This document shows, piece after piece, positions 28,549 to 39,300 of a stretch of DNA of 64,000 bases (position 1 is the first letter of the stretch; each line of letters starts with the position of its first letter). The position numbers and the translations under genes were made by a program. A model generated the notes under the pieces. It did not search any database. It saw only the letters and a list, made by a program, of their open reading frames with translations, and was not told the origin of the DNA. The DNA comes from Deinococcales bacterium (GTDB taxonomy: Bacteria; Deinococcota; Deinococci; Deinococcales; JAAFIG01): the NCBI GenBank assembly GCA_043778225.1, contig JAYWGM010000051.1:1-64000 (forward strand). Reading direction: 5' to 3'.

Positions 28549-31500
28549 ATGACACCTCAACTTCAGTTGCGCTTATTTGGCACAGGTGAAGTGCGGCTTG
28601 ATGGCTCGGTTCTCGAGGTCGGATACCGTAAAACGCTGGCACTCTTGGCATTCTTGGCGCTCGAGGGCGAAACAGCCCGCTCTAGCCTAACCACCTTGTT
28701 TTGGTCAGACAACACCGAAGAAGCGGCACGGCGCAATCTGCGACGTGAATTGTACCGATTGCGCGAGGCTGGACTGCGCGACTACCTCGAGGCGAGCAGC
28801 GATAACTTGCGCTTGGTTGGCAGCACCGATGTCGCCCAGTTCGAGGCTTTGATTGGCGAGGGTCGGCTTGAACCAGCCATTTTGTTGTACCAAAACGAAT
28901 TATTGGCGGGTTTGCGGCTCGAGAATGCCCCAGAATTTGAAACATGGCTCGAGCTGCGGCGCGATGGTTTAGCCGCAATGCTCCGTAAAGCCCAACTTGA
29001 GCAAGCCGAACACCTTGAGACCCGAGGCGACTGGCATGGAGCGCTTGGGCTTCACCAGAAGGTTCTCAAATCGGACCAATTACAAGAACGTCAGCACCAC
29101 GAAGTCATGCGCCTGCACTATTTGCTGGGTCAACGCGAAGCTGCCCTATCGCAATTTGAGCAGTGTAAACAAATGCTGCACAGCGAACTTGGACTCGAGC
29201 CATTGCCCGCGACACTGCACTTAGCCCAGCAGATTCGGTCAGCCCAAAGCCTGACTGCCAGTGTTGCAATACAGCTGGTGGCAACCCAACAACTGAATGT
29301 ACCGCTCATTGGGCGTGAAGCGGCACTCAAAGCCCTCGCCTCGAGCAGTACGCCCCTGACCTTGGTGCTGAGCCAAGCGGGTGGTGGTAAAACTTTTTTA
29401 CTCGAGAAATTTGCACCACACGCCCTGCGAATTTGTTTTCGGGCGGTCTCGAGCCAGACTCCGTTGTATGCGATTGCCGAAACCATCCGCCAAGCCCTCA
29501 ATAACCCCGATTTCCAAGCCCGCTTTGAATTGCTTGAACCGATTTGGCAACACGAAGCTGCTCGGCTTGTACCAGAACTTGCCGTTGGCAGTAGCCAAGC
29601 ACAAGAGCGCAGTTTGTTGCTCGAGGGATTGGCACGGGTGCTTGAATGTCTAACCGACCAAAGCCTGATTTTTGAAGATATTCACTGGGCAGACAACAGC
29701 AGCCTAGAACTGATGGTGCATTTGTTGCGCCGCAGCACCCGAGAAAGTAAGCAACAACGCTTGATTGCCACAGCCCGACCCGATGAAATCAGTGCCGAAA
29801 CCCAAGGGCTGCTCGAGTTGCTGGCTGAAGATGGTTTAAGCACCAGTATTGGTTTATTGCCACTGTCCGAAGTCCACGTCAGCCAACTGCTGCACAGCCT
29901 TGGCGGAAATAGCAGCCCAGAATTCTCGAGCCAACTCTGGAGCATCACGGCTGGCAATCCATTTTTTATACTCGAGACAATCCGCTTATTATTTGAACAA
30001 AATAAATTTGGCGTACTGGGGCAGCCGATTCCAATCCCGCCCAGTGTGCTTAGTGCTGTGCTGCAACGTATAGATAGACTTGGCTCGGCAACCAGACGCT
30101 TACTTGAAACCGCCGCTCAGACCGAAGATGGCTTTATGCTCGAGGAAATCCAACCTGCCACGGCGCTCAATCAATGGGAAGGCTTAGACGGACTCGAAGA
30201 AGCTGTCAGCGCCCAAATTCTGATACGCCTCGAGACTGGATTTGGTTTTGCCCACGACTTGGTGCGCCAAGCCTTACAAACCACCCTCAGCCCAGAACGA
30301 AAGCGCCTGATTCACCATAAACTGGCGGCTTCACTCGAGCAGCAAAAAGCCAACCCAGTTAGAATTGCCTCGCACCTCGAGCAGGCAGGCAAGGCACTGG
30401 CAGCCGTGCCGTGGCGCATGAAGGCAGCCGAACAGGCTACTCGAGTCTATGCCCATAAATTGGCGCTTGAGCAGTACGACCAAGCACTCGAGAACGGCGC
30501 TCCAAATGAACTGGCACTCGAGATTTTAGAAACCAAATTAAGCATCTGGGAAATGCTCGGTCAAACCATTCCTTGGCAAACAGACCTTGAACGTTTGGCA
30601 TTGCTCGTCACCAAAATCGGGACTGTAACCGCCCAAAGCCAATTGCATTTGGCTCGAGTCAGACTGGCGTTGCAGCAACGAGAATTTGAAACGGCAATTC
30701 GGGTTGCAACACTGGTGATAAATGCTCGAGTAACAAACGAAATGACCGCTCAGGCTCAGGCACTGATCGGAACGGCTTTGGTGCAACAAAGTCGTCTCGA
30801 GGCAGCCGAAAATCATTTAACTCAAGCCCTTGACTTACTGCCAGAAACCCATATTTTACGCAGTAAGGTACTGAACCAACTTTTTCAAGTCGCATTTGAT
30901 GCAGGCAACACCGAACAAGCCGAACGGCATTTAGCCTCTGCTTTGTACTTAAATCAAACCATGCGGAACCTGCCAGATGAACTTAGTACCCTCGGCAACC
31001 AAGGCAAAATGGCACTGAACAAAGGCGATAATGCAGCCGCAGTCCGCATTTTTGAAACAGCTTTAGAAAAAGTAAAACCAATCAACAATCCAACCCTAGA
31101 ACGCTCACTAACCATGGGACTGGCTACCGCTTACTCGAGAATGCACCGCACCAATGAAGCCTTAGAATTACTGGCAAAGGCATTAGAATTAGCGGAATTG
31201 ACCGAGGCTGTGGCAGCACAAGGTGGTATTTATCACACCATTGGCGCAGTCCACCGACGCTTAACCCAATTTGGAAAAGCAGTCCAGCATTACCAACTTG
31301 CACTCGAGTTGGCAGACCAAGTGCAACAGCACCCTGCACGAATTTTTCGTAGATTAACCTTAGCCGATTTATACTTGGATTTAGGTCATTACAATCAGGC
31401 ACTGCCATTACTTATAGAAACACAAAGCATCATCAAAAAAACAGGGGTATGCACCGAAGCCATTTGGTGTCAGGTTTTACTTGGCAAGCAACAACGATTA

Positions 31501-31944
31501 GCAAAGCAAATTAAAGCCTCACTCATCACCCTCGAGATGCCCGAACCAAGCAACCCACTTGACCGCATTATTTGGCTGACCGAACTGGCATTAACCCAAT
31601 TAGCCGCCAAAAAATACACAAGGGTTTTAGAACTTCTAAAAGGCGAAGATGCACCACCAAACACCATGCTGCAATTACTTGATATTCGTTTACAAGCCTT
31701 AATCGCCCTAAAAAAACCATTGGCAGAAGAACTGTGCCAAATCACAACGCTCGAGTCAGAATTAACACCATGGTTTTTACTGCAATACCATCAGGCATTA
31801 GCCCGAACGCACACGCACACCCAAGAAACCAAATTAGCAAAGCAGCACCAAGCCTTGGCTCGAGAACAAACACAAGTCATGGCAGATTCGCTAACTTATT
31901 ACCCAGATTTGAAAAAAAGTTTCCTCGAGTTTCATCAAACCTGA
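28549..31944 (+). CDS. SARP/AfsR-like regulator: wHTH-BTAD-AAA-TPR
   Basis: LRLFG..., AARRNLRRELYRLR, BTAD (ERQHHEVMRLHY, ELGLEP), P-loop SQAGGGKT, FEDIHWAD, GNPFF, C-terminal TPRs. Confidence 0.9.
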   Translation: MTPQLQLRLFGTGEVRLDGSVLEVGYRKTLALLAFLALEGETARSSLTTLFWSDNTEEAARRNLRRELYRLREAGLRDYLEASSDNLRLVGSTDVAQFEALIGEGRLEPAILLYQNELLAGLRLENAPEFETWLELRRDGLAAMLRKAQLEQAEHLETRGDWHGALGLHQKVLKSDQLQERQHHEVMRLHYLLGQREAALSQFEQCKQMLHSELGLEPLPATLHLAQQIRSAQSLTASVAIQLVATQQLNVPLIGREAALKALASSSTPLTLVLSQAGGGKTFLLEKFAPHALRICFRAVSSQTPLYAIAETIRQALNNPDFQARFELLEPIWQHEAARLVPELAVGSSQAQERSLLLEGLARVLECLTDQSLIFEDIHWADNSSLELMVHLLRRSTRESKQQRLIATARPDEISAETQGLLELLAEDGLSTSIGLLPLSEVHVSQLLHSLGGNSSPEFSSQLWSITAGNPFFILETIRLLFEQNKFGVLGQPIPIPPSVLSAVLQRIDRLGSATRRLLETAAQTEDGFMLEEIQPATALNQWEGLDGLEEAVSAQILIRLETGFGFAHDLVRQALQTTLSPERKRLIHHKLAASLEQQKANPVRIASHLEQAGKALAAVPWRMKAAEQATRVYAHKLALEQYDQALENGAPNELALEILETKLSIWEMLGQTIPWQTDLERLALLVTKIGTVTAQSQLHLARVRLALQQREFETAIRVATLVINARVTNEMTAQAQALIGTALVQQSRLEAAENHLTQALDLLPETHILRSKVLNQLFQVAFDAGNTEQAERHLASALYLNQTMRNLPDELSTLGNQGKMALNKGDNAAAVRIFETALEKVKPINNPTLERSLTMGLATAYSRMHRTNEALELLAKALELAELTEAVAAQGGIYHTIGAVHRRLTQFGKAVQHYQLALELADQVQQHPARIFRRLTLADLYLDLGHYNQALPLLIETQSIIKKTGVCTEAIWCQVLLGKQQRLAKQIKASLITLEMPEPSNPLDRIIWLTELALTQLAAKKYTRVLELLKGEDAPPNTMLQLLDIRLQALIALKKPLAEELCQITTLESELTPWFLLQYHQALARTHTHTQETKLAKQHQALAREQTQVMADSLTYYPDLKKSFLEFHQT

Positions 31945-32345
31945 TTTTCAAATGGATTCAAAACGGGGATGCTAAAAGGTGCAAAATCAGTCACATTTCG
32001 TGTCACAACAATTAAATTATGGACAATGGCGGTAGCAGCAATCATCGCATCTTCGTATAACTCGTCGGATTTATGGTGCATCAACCTTGCCCAGCACCTA
32101 AATTCTGCACCTGCCATTGGAATAACATTATAAGCATTTGAAATTAACTCGAGCCATGCCTGTATCTCCTCGGCTTTAAGTCGGTCTTTGTCTCGGGTGA
32201 TTTCAATTCCAGCTTGAATTTCGGCTAAAGTCACAGCCGAAAGAAAAAGTCGGGCATCGTCAATTGGTTTTATCCACGCCAGTACCGCGCCATGTGGTTT
32301 TGGTTTACGAAGCTCGGAAACAACATTTGTGTCTAGTAAAAACAT
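31935..32345 (-). CDS. vapC: VapC PIN-domain toxin
   Basis: FLLDTNVVSE, DAMIAATA, VTRNVTDF. Confidence 0.93.
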   Translation of the reverse strand: MFLLDTNVVSELRKPKPHGAVLAWIKPIDDARLFLSAVTLAEIQAGIEITRDKDRLKAEEIQAWLELISNAYNVIPMAGAEFRCWARLMHHKSDELYEDAMIAATAIVHNLIVVTRNVTDFAPFSIPVLNPFENQV

Positions 32346-32626
32346 TATTGAACCACTTCGATTTTCCGCCTTTTAGCATTTCCACGACTTGGAATTAAAA
32401 AATCGGTTCTACCTTTATCAGATAATAAAAGTTCTTTGAGTGTAGGTTGTGCCACCGATTTTAACCTTCGCCACTCAGCCATTGGCACAAGTACCGCCGT
32501 TTCCAAACCGCGTTTTGTAACAATTTGCGGACCATTTGTTATGCACTCCTCGAGTAATTCACTAAATTTTGCCTTGGCATCTTGCACTGCCCAAGTTTGC
32601 AATTTTGGTTTGTTCAGACTAGTCAT
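32345..32626 (-). CDS. Phd/YefM antitoxin
   Basis: WAVQDAKAKFSELL...GPQIVTKRG. Confidence 0.92.
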   Translation of the reverse strand: MTSLNKPKLQTWAVQDAKAKFSELLEECITNGPQIVTKRGLETAVLVPMAEWRRLKSVAQPTLKELLLSDKGRTDFLIPSRGNAKRRKIEVVQ

Positions 32627-32634
32627 ATGACTAG
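32619..32634. promoter_or_regulatory. Palindromic operator over the antitoxin start codon
   Basis: Perfect 16-bp palindrome CTAGTCATATGACTAG. Confidence 0.65.
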
Positions 32635-32726
32635 CTTATACCAATTTAAGCAAAATACTCAAATTCAGGCTTAAAGCCCACAACTCGAGCCTAAGAAATA
32701 CGTGCTTAACAGCCTGACCTATTTTT

Positions 32727-32760
32727 CGCAACGCTCTCGCAACGCCTCGTTTTGTAAGGT
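32727..32760 (+). promoter_or_regulatory. 11-bp-period direct repeat plus -10 box (SARP-type promoter)
   Basis: CGCAACGC at 32727 and 32738, 9-nt gap, TAAGGT at 32755. Confidence 0.65.
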
Positions 32761-32804
32761 GTGCCTTGGAAAAGTTCAAATTCAGGGTTACTCGAGGAGA
32801 AATT

Positions 32805-35800
32805 ATGAAAAACGTTGTTCCTAAAGTTATGACCAGCATAGCAATTCTGGTGTTTGGATTATTAGCCTGTACCAATCCACCAGCACCACCACCAGCCAAT
32901 CAAATTCCAGTGGCGGCGTTTACTGCGGCTGCGCCAACGGTAAAAGCAGGGGATGCGCTGCTGTTCACCAGTTCTTCGAGTGACCCTGATGGCGATGTTC
33001 TGACCCAATCTTGGGACTTTGGCGATGATACTCGCGGCGGCGGACCCAGTATCGCTCATGTTTTTCCAAGTGCAGGGGATTTCACGGTCAAACTTCTGGT
33101 TGCTGATGGCAAAGGCGGCTCGAGTAGTACCACACAAAGTATTACGGTAACGGCAGGAGCGCCTTTGGGGGCAGATGTGACCGTGATTGGCACGATTACC
33201 GATTCAGCAGGCGTGGCATTGGCTGGGGTCAGTGTCAAACGTGGCTCGAGTATACTTGGAACAACCGATGCCAACGGTAGTGCCACGATAGCCATTCCCA
33301 CTGGTGCTTCGCAGACGTTACTGCTCTCAAAAGATGGTTATGTGGATCAAGTTCTGGCACTCGAGTTTCCAGTCAGCAACGACCCAAGTAACGGCACTTT
33401 TAATGCGGTGCTGCTAACCGCAGGCACAGTTCAAACCGTCAATGCCAGCACAGGCGGAATGCTTAAAGCTGAGGATAACGCCATGCTGCAATTACCTGCG
33501 GCTGGTCTCGAGACGGCAAACGGCGCACCTGTCACGGGTGATGTTCAGGTCAGTATCACACCGCTTGACATCAGCAACCCAGACCGAGCGCGGGCGTTCC
33601 CCGGGCGGCTCGAGGCGGTCACAACCACGGGCGAGGATGTAGGCATTGTTTCACTGGGTATGACCGATTTTACACTGACCCAGAATGGTCAGGAAGTGAA
33701 CTTGAAACCCGGCTCGAGTGCCAAAGTGCATATTCCGCTCTATGCCAATGTCAATTTGGATGGCAGCCCAATTAACCTTGGTGACACCATGCCACTTTGG
33801 TCAATGAGCGAAAAAACAGGCGAATGGGTGCAAGAAGGTCTGGGCGTAGTGGTGGACACGGGCAATGGTTCTCGAGCGCTCGAGGCAACCGTGACGCATT
33901 TTTCGATTTGGAACGGTGATAAAGTGTTTGACGATGCCCGACCCAAGCCCAAGTGCAAAACTCCAAATGGAGTTGTGGTCACCAATCGGTTCACCAAATG
34001 CTACTGGTACTTAAAAATCAAAGACCTTGAGGAAAACACTGAATTTGGCAATAGCCAGATTCGACCCCAAAATGTTCCCATTTCTCGCCAGCCTGCTTGG
34101 GCTGAAGCTGGTGTCACCGACTTTGACGTTGCACCGCCGCAGCCGTTTATTGTTCCTGCCAACGAAAAAATGGACGTTTCTGTATGCGCTGAGGTGGATG
34201 GCAAAAGGTATTGCGCGAGTACCGTTAGAACCTTTGCCAGCAACAGCAACGATGACCTCGACATCGTGATGCTGCCGATAGAAACTCAACCCGTCACATT
34301 GCCTTTTGATGCCTCCAAGAGCATTTCAGATGGCATCATCAGACGGTATGAACTTGTCACCACCAGCGCCCCCAACCTGTTGTCGGTGCGGCTTGAGCCG
34401 ACTGGTAATGCAAATGTCAAGGTTACGATTTATAACACAGTGAACACAGCAATCGCTGTCAAATCTCAGACGGGCAACACCCCACTTGACCTGACGGCAC
34501 TTTTGCCAACAGCAGGCAAATACTTTGTTGATGTCACTCCAAGCGATACTTCGCAAGGCAATGTCCGAACCATCATTCAAACTGTTGGTGTCGAAGCGGT
34601 CACTTTGCCGTTTGATGCGGTGCGGAATGTCGCCAAAACCCAGCGTCTCGAGTTTAACGCGCTCAGTTCTGAAATCGTGACCATCAACTTAGATCGCACC
34701 CAAGGCTCTACCTTGAGTGCCACGGCGCGGTTATTTGATGGCAACGGCACGGCACTGACCACTGGCACAGTCAATACCACAGCGCTCACACTCGAGAAAC
34801 CACTGTTGATTTCAGGCAAGCACATCCTCGAGATTGCACCAACTGGTGGCTCGAGTGGCGATGCACGGGTCAGAATCAGTACCCGACCCAATACAGGTGC
34901 AACTTGGAAACCGTTTTATCAAGTGGCGGATACGGACATCTTGCAAAGCACCCTGACCAAGCCGTGTTTTGCTTCGGCAAGCAATGCCACAGGGCGTACT
35001 TTGATGGCATGGATGGAAATTAAGCTAAACCAAAGTACCTTGAGGGTCAGTCAGTACGACCCTGTTGCCAATTCATTCAATGCAGCCACCACGCTGGCAA
35101 CCAACAATAGCAGTCCATACCGTTGTCAAATCGCTGTCTCGAGCAATGGCGATGCGATGATTGTTTGGTGGCTCAGGGCTGGCACAAACACCAAAGATAT
35201 TTTCTGGGCGCGGCGGGCAGTTGGCTCAAGTGCATGGTCTACGCCTGCGATTTTGGCAACTGCCAGTACAAACTATTTGTTGAACCGCCCTTCGGAATTA
35301 CAATTGGATGCCAATGGCAATGCCAGTCTGGTCTGGCTCGAGCAGCACGCGCAAGGCACAAGCTCGCAACTCAAGACCTCGAGGTACAACCCAGCCACGG
35401 ACACTTGGACGACATCGGTGTTGGTTGCACCTGTGCCTGAGACAAAACTGAGCATTCCAAGTCTTTCCAGCGATACCGCAGGCAACCAGATGGTGCTGTA
35501 CCGAACCGCCAATCAAGGGGCGAACTCGGCGTACCCAAGTGACGGGGTGTACGTGCAGAAGTACGATTTAGCAAGCAGCACTTGGCTTGCCCCAACGTTG
35601 GTCAAAGCCACCCCAGCACCATTCGAGAATCAAGTCACCAGCGACCAAATCACACCGATGGTCTTACGGATTGGCGCAGGTGGTCATGCCATTGCAATTT
35701 GGCAAGAACAGATTCAAGGTCTCGACAAATATGGCAGTGCCAAAATGAACCTAAGCACAGGTGTTTGGACAACCTTACCGAACATCTCTGCAAATGGTGT

Positions 35801-36209
35801 TCCAGCCCTCGGCATCAGTGCAGCAGGTGTTGCTACCACAACGGTTTACAGCAACCGAAGCAGTTTGGCTGGTCAAGGGCAATACCAAGCCAGAACGATT
35901 GGCGCATTAGACGCGGCTTGGAGTGCGCCAACGGTGCTACTGCAAAACGATGGCGGTGGTAACGACATCAAACTTGCAATGAACCCAAGCGGTGATGCCG
36001 CTACCGTATTTTGGACTGGACTTGGCTTTCAATTCGCCTCGCGTTCCTCGAGCGGCAACACATGGGCAGCCACCAGCAAAATCAGCGAATCAAACAGTGC
36101 TTCAACCGTCAGCCTAGACAACAACGGGCAAGCCTTGATGGTACGCACAGTCAAGCAAACAGCACCTGATGTGTCCATCCTCGAGTATCAACGTATCAGT
36201 GTTCGCTGA
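32805..36209 (+). CDS. Large surface lipoprotein: PKD, carboxypeptidase-regulatory-like, HFS-motif domain, C-terminal beta-repeat region
   Basis: GAGGAG RBS, lipobox LLAC, PKD WDFGD, VTHFSIWNGD, C-terminal repeats (D..GNA.LVW, W.....L). Confidence 0.85.
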   Translation: MKNVVPKVMTSIAILVFGLLACTNPPAPPPANQIPVAAFTAAAPTVKAGDALLFTSSSSDPDGDVLTQSWDFGDDTRGGGPSIAHVFPSAGDFTVKLLVADGKGGSSSTTQSITVTAGAPLGADVTVIGTITDSAGVALAGVSVKRGSSILGTTDANGSATIAIPTGASQTLLLSKDGYVDQVLALEFPVSNDPSNGTFNAVLLTAGTVQTVNASTGGMLKAEDNAMLQLPAAGLETANGAPVTGDVQVSITPLDISNPDRARAFPGRLEAVTTTGEDVGIVSLGMTDFTLTQNGQEVNLKPGSSAKVHIPLYANVNLDGSPINLGDTMPLWSMSEKTGEWVQEGLGVVVDTGNGSRALEATVTHFSIWNGDKVFDDARPKPKCKTPNGVVVTNRFTKCYWYLKIKDLEENTEFGNSQIRPQNVPISRQPAWAEAGVTDFDVAPPQPFIVPANEKMDVSVCAEVDGKRYCASTVRTFASNSNDDLDIVMLPIETQPVTLPFDASKSISDGIIRRYELVTTSAPNLLSVRLEPTGNANVKVTIYNTVNTAIAVKSQTGNTPLDLTALLPTAGKYFVDVTPSDTSQGNVRTIIQTVGVEAVTLPFDAVRNVAKTQRLEFNALSSEIVTINLDRTQGSTLSATARLFDGNGTALTTGTVNTTALTLEKPLLISGKHILEIAPTGGSSGDARVRISTRPNTGATWKPFYQVADTDILQSTLTKPCFASASNATGRTLMAWMEIKLNQSTLRVSQYDPVANSFNAATTLATNNSSPYRCQIAVSSNGDAMIVWWLRAGTNTKDIFWARRAVGSSAWSTPAILATASTNYLLNRPSELQLDANGNASLVWLEQHAQGTSSQLKTSRYNPATDTWTTSVLVAPVPETKLSIPSLSSDTAGNQMVLYRTANQGANSAYPSDGVYVQKYDLASSTWLAPTLVKATPAPFENQVTSDQITPMVLRIGAGGHAIAIWQEQIQGLDKYGSAKMNLSTGVWTTLPNISANGVPALGISAAGVATTTVYSNRSSLAGQGQYQARTIGALDAAWSAPTVLLQNDGGGNDIKLAMNPSGDAATVFWTGLGFQFASRSSSGNTWAATSKISESNSASTVSLDNNGQALMVRTVKQTAPDVSILEYQRISVR

Positions 36210-36305
36210 CTTCAATTCTCTTGAGGCTCGCGCCTGAAAAACTCGAGCCTCAAAGCCTGATTCGCAATTTCGAGTTTAACGTGTTTGACAACATAACCCA
36301 TTTTT

Positions 36306-36339
36306 CGCAACGCTGCCGCAACGCCTCTTTTTGTACGGT
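36306..36339 (+). promoter_or_regulatory. Second copy of the direct-repeat promoter
   Basis: CGCAACGC at 36306 and 36317, 9-nt gap, TACGGT at 36334. Confidence 0.65.
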
Positions 36340-36380
36340 ATGCCTTAGAAAGTTCAAATTCAAGGAAACTCGAGGAGAAA

Positions 36381-39300
36381 ATGATGAAAAACGTTGTTCC
36401 AAAAGTCGTGACTGCCACAGCAATTCTGGTGTTTGGGTTGTTGGCGTGTACCAATCCACCACCGCCGCCAGTAGCCAATAAAAATCCTGTAGCGGCGTTC
36501 ACATCGGCTGCACCTACGATTAAAGCAGGGGACGCACTGCTGTTCACCAGTTCCTCGAGTGACCCTGATGGTGATGTTCTGACGCAATCTTGGGATTTTG
36601 GCGATTCTACCCGTGGCGGAGGCTCGAGTATCGCCCATGTCTACCCGAGTGCTGGGAGTTTTACCGTGAAGCTGACTGTGGGTGATGGCAAAGGCGGCTC
36701 GAGCAGTACAACCCAGAGCATTACCGTAACGGCTGGCGAACCTCTTGGCGCACCGCTCGAGGTCAGTGGTGAGATAACAGATACAAGCGGTTTACCACTG
36801 GCTGGTGTAGCCGTAAAACTAGGCTCGAGTACGCTAGGCACTTCGGATGCCAACGGAAAAGTCATGGTCAGTATTCCAACCGGACCTTCACAAACCCTAA
36901 TGCTTTTTAAGGAAGGTTACACCGACCAAGTTGCAGCCCTTGAGTTTCCAATTGGCTCGAGAAGTAGCAATGCGTTCTTTAAGATGTCCATGCTGACCCA
37001 AGCACCTTCTCAGCCACTCAGTGCCACCACAGGCGGTGCAATAACTGCTAAGGACAATGCCAAACTCGAGATTCCAGCCAATGGACTCGAGACCCAAAAT
37101 GGTACTCCAGTCACAGGAAATGTGCAGGTTAGCATTACACCGCTTGATGTCAGCAACTTGGCGGTACTAGCCGCCATGCCCGGACGACTCGAGGGCATGC
37201 AAACCGATGGCTCGAGTGCTGGGATTGTTTCGCTGGGCATGACCGATTTTTCTTTAAGCCAGAACGGTCAGGATTTGAACCTTAAACCCGGCTCGAGTGC
37301 CAAAGTACGAATTCCGTTGTATGCCGATACCGACGAAAGCGGCAAGGTACTGGTGCTGGGCGATACCATACCGCTTTGGTCTATGAGTGAAACCACGGGT
37401 GAATGGGTGCAAGAAGGCATTGGAACAGTGGTGGATGCTGGGAATGGCATCAAGGCACTCGAGGCGACAGTCACGCATTTTAGTTTATGGAATGCCGACC
37501 ATATTTACGATGAGAATTTACAAAATCCCAGACCCAATCCGCCTTTGCCACCATTACCTGTGGTCAAGCCTAAATGCAAAATACCCCCCGAGATAGAAGC
37601 CCAGTTGGATACAGATGCTAAGAAAGCCGTATTTTGCTTATTTCTATCAGAAGCAGTGGACATATTTGGTACTGATGGACCGAATCCAAATGGTGCATTG
37701 CGTCCACAAGCAACCACGCCACGCTTACCAGCTTGGTCAGCAAGGGCGACTCTGCCACTTGCAGGCGGTACAGACTTTGGGCTTGTACCTCCAAACAGAA
37801 AAATTAGGTACACCGCTTGTGTTTTTGTGATTGGCAAAGAGTTATGCGGTAGTGAAGTCAAAACATTACAACGCGGTACAACCACCGCATTCGATATTCT
37901 GATGCTACCCATTCAAGAAGAAACTGTAACCGTCCCGCTAGACATTACGCGCAGTCTGACAAGTGCAAAAAGACGATTTACGTTTAATGTCACCATTCCA
38001 ACTCAACTATTCTTTAGTCTCGAGCCGAGTGCTGGTTCGACCTTAAACGCCACAGTGGATTTATTACAAGGAAATGACAAAGTTGTCTCAGGTAACATTG
38101 CATCAACCACTTTAACTTTTAATGCAGAGGTCGTAGCTGGCAAGTACACACTCGAGGTAGCGCCTTTGGCTGGGGCAACAGGTAATTTGCGAATTCAGAT
38201 TCAACCAATTGTCAATGAAAGTATAACCTTACCGTTTGATTCGACCCGTGGTGTTACAAAAACCCAAAGATTTGAATTTGATTCTGCCACCAGCCCAAAT
38301 GGTATTTCGGTCTTACTCGAGCGCGGTGCGGGTTCTGGCTTTACTGGCACAACTTCACTGTTTAATCCAACTGGCACGGTCATGGCTTCAGGTGCAATTG
38401 GTGCAACTGCGCTGAGTTTTGATGTGCAATTAAGCGCTACGGGTAAGCATATTCTCGAGGTTAAACCCGCGATTGGCTCGAGCGGTGATGTGCGAATCAA
38501 AATTGTCAGAAAAGACATTGCCAATACGATTGCTTTTGATACGGATTTAGATGTGCCTCAAGTTGCCAATAAGGTAGACATTTATAGCTTTAATGCCACT
38601 CAAGGGCAGCAAGTCAGCCTCGGTTTTGCATGGTCTCAAGGGGCTGGTTTTAGCAGCGATTACCCTGGTTTACGCAAGCTCAATGCTGCAAACGGAATTG
38701 CTCCTAACAATGGTATTTACACTTTGCAAACGGCTGGTGTGTATCAAATTACAATCAAAAACTTTGCAAACGCCACAGGAACATATCGGTTGCGTTTGAA
38801 CACCGTTCAAAATTTAACTACCCTAAATACGCTTGACCCGCTAACCGAAATTACAACCTCGCTGAATCTGGGCGAAGTCAGGCGCTATGTTTTCAACCCA
38901 CCACTGACTTTAGGCGAAGTTGTTGCGCTGCGCTTGGAAACCGCTTCGATTAACGCCCCAACCAGTGCCTATTTTCGTGGATTTCCACAGTCTGGATTGG
39001 TGGGTAACAATCCAGTGTCCATAGAAGCTGGCAAAGCTCCACAAAGTAAATTGAGCGAATTCACCTTTATCCCAATCAGCACCGATACTTACTGGTTGTA
39101 TCTGGATGGAAACGGTTCTCAAAACTTCCCCGTAATCGGACAAATCGGTGGGCAGTTCACACTGGGTATTTTCAGACCATCAGCCCAAGCCTTGGCATTG
39201 GACTCGAGTGCATCGGGCAGCATCAACCCAAATACTTTGCTAACACATCGCGTCAATGTTTCTGTGGCTGGTTCGTACTTGTTGCGGGCAGTCATCGCGG

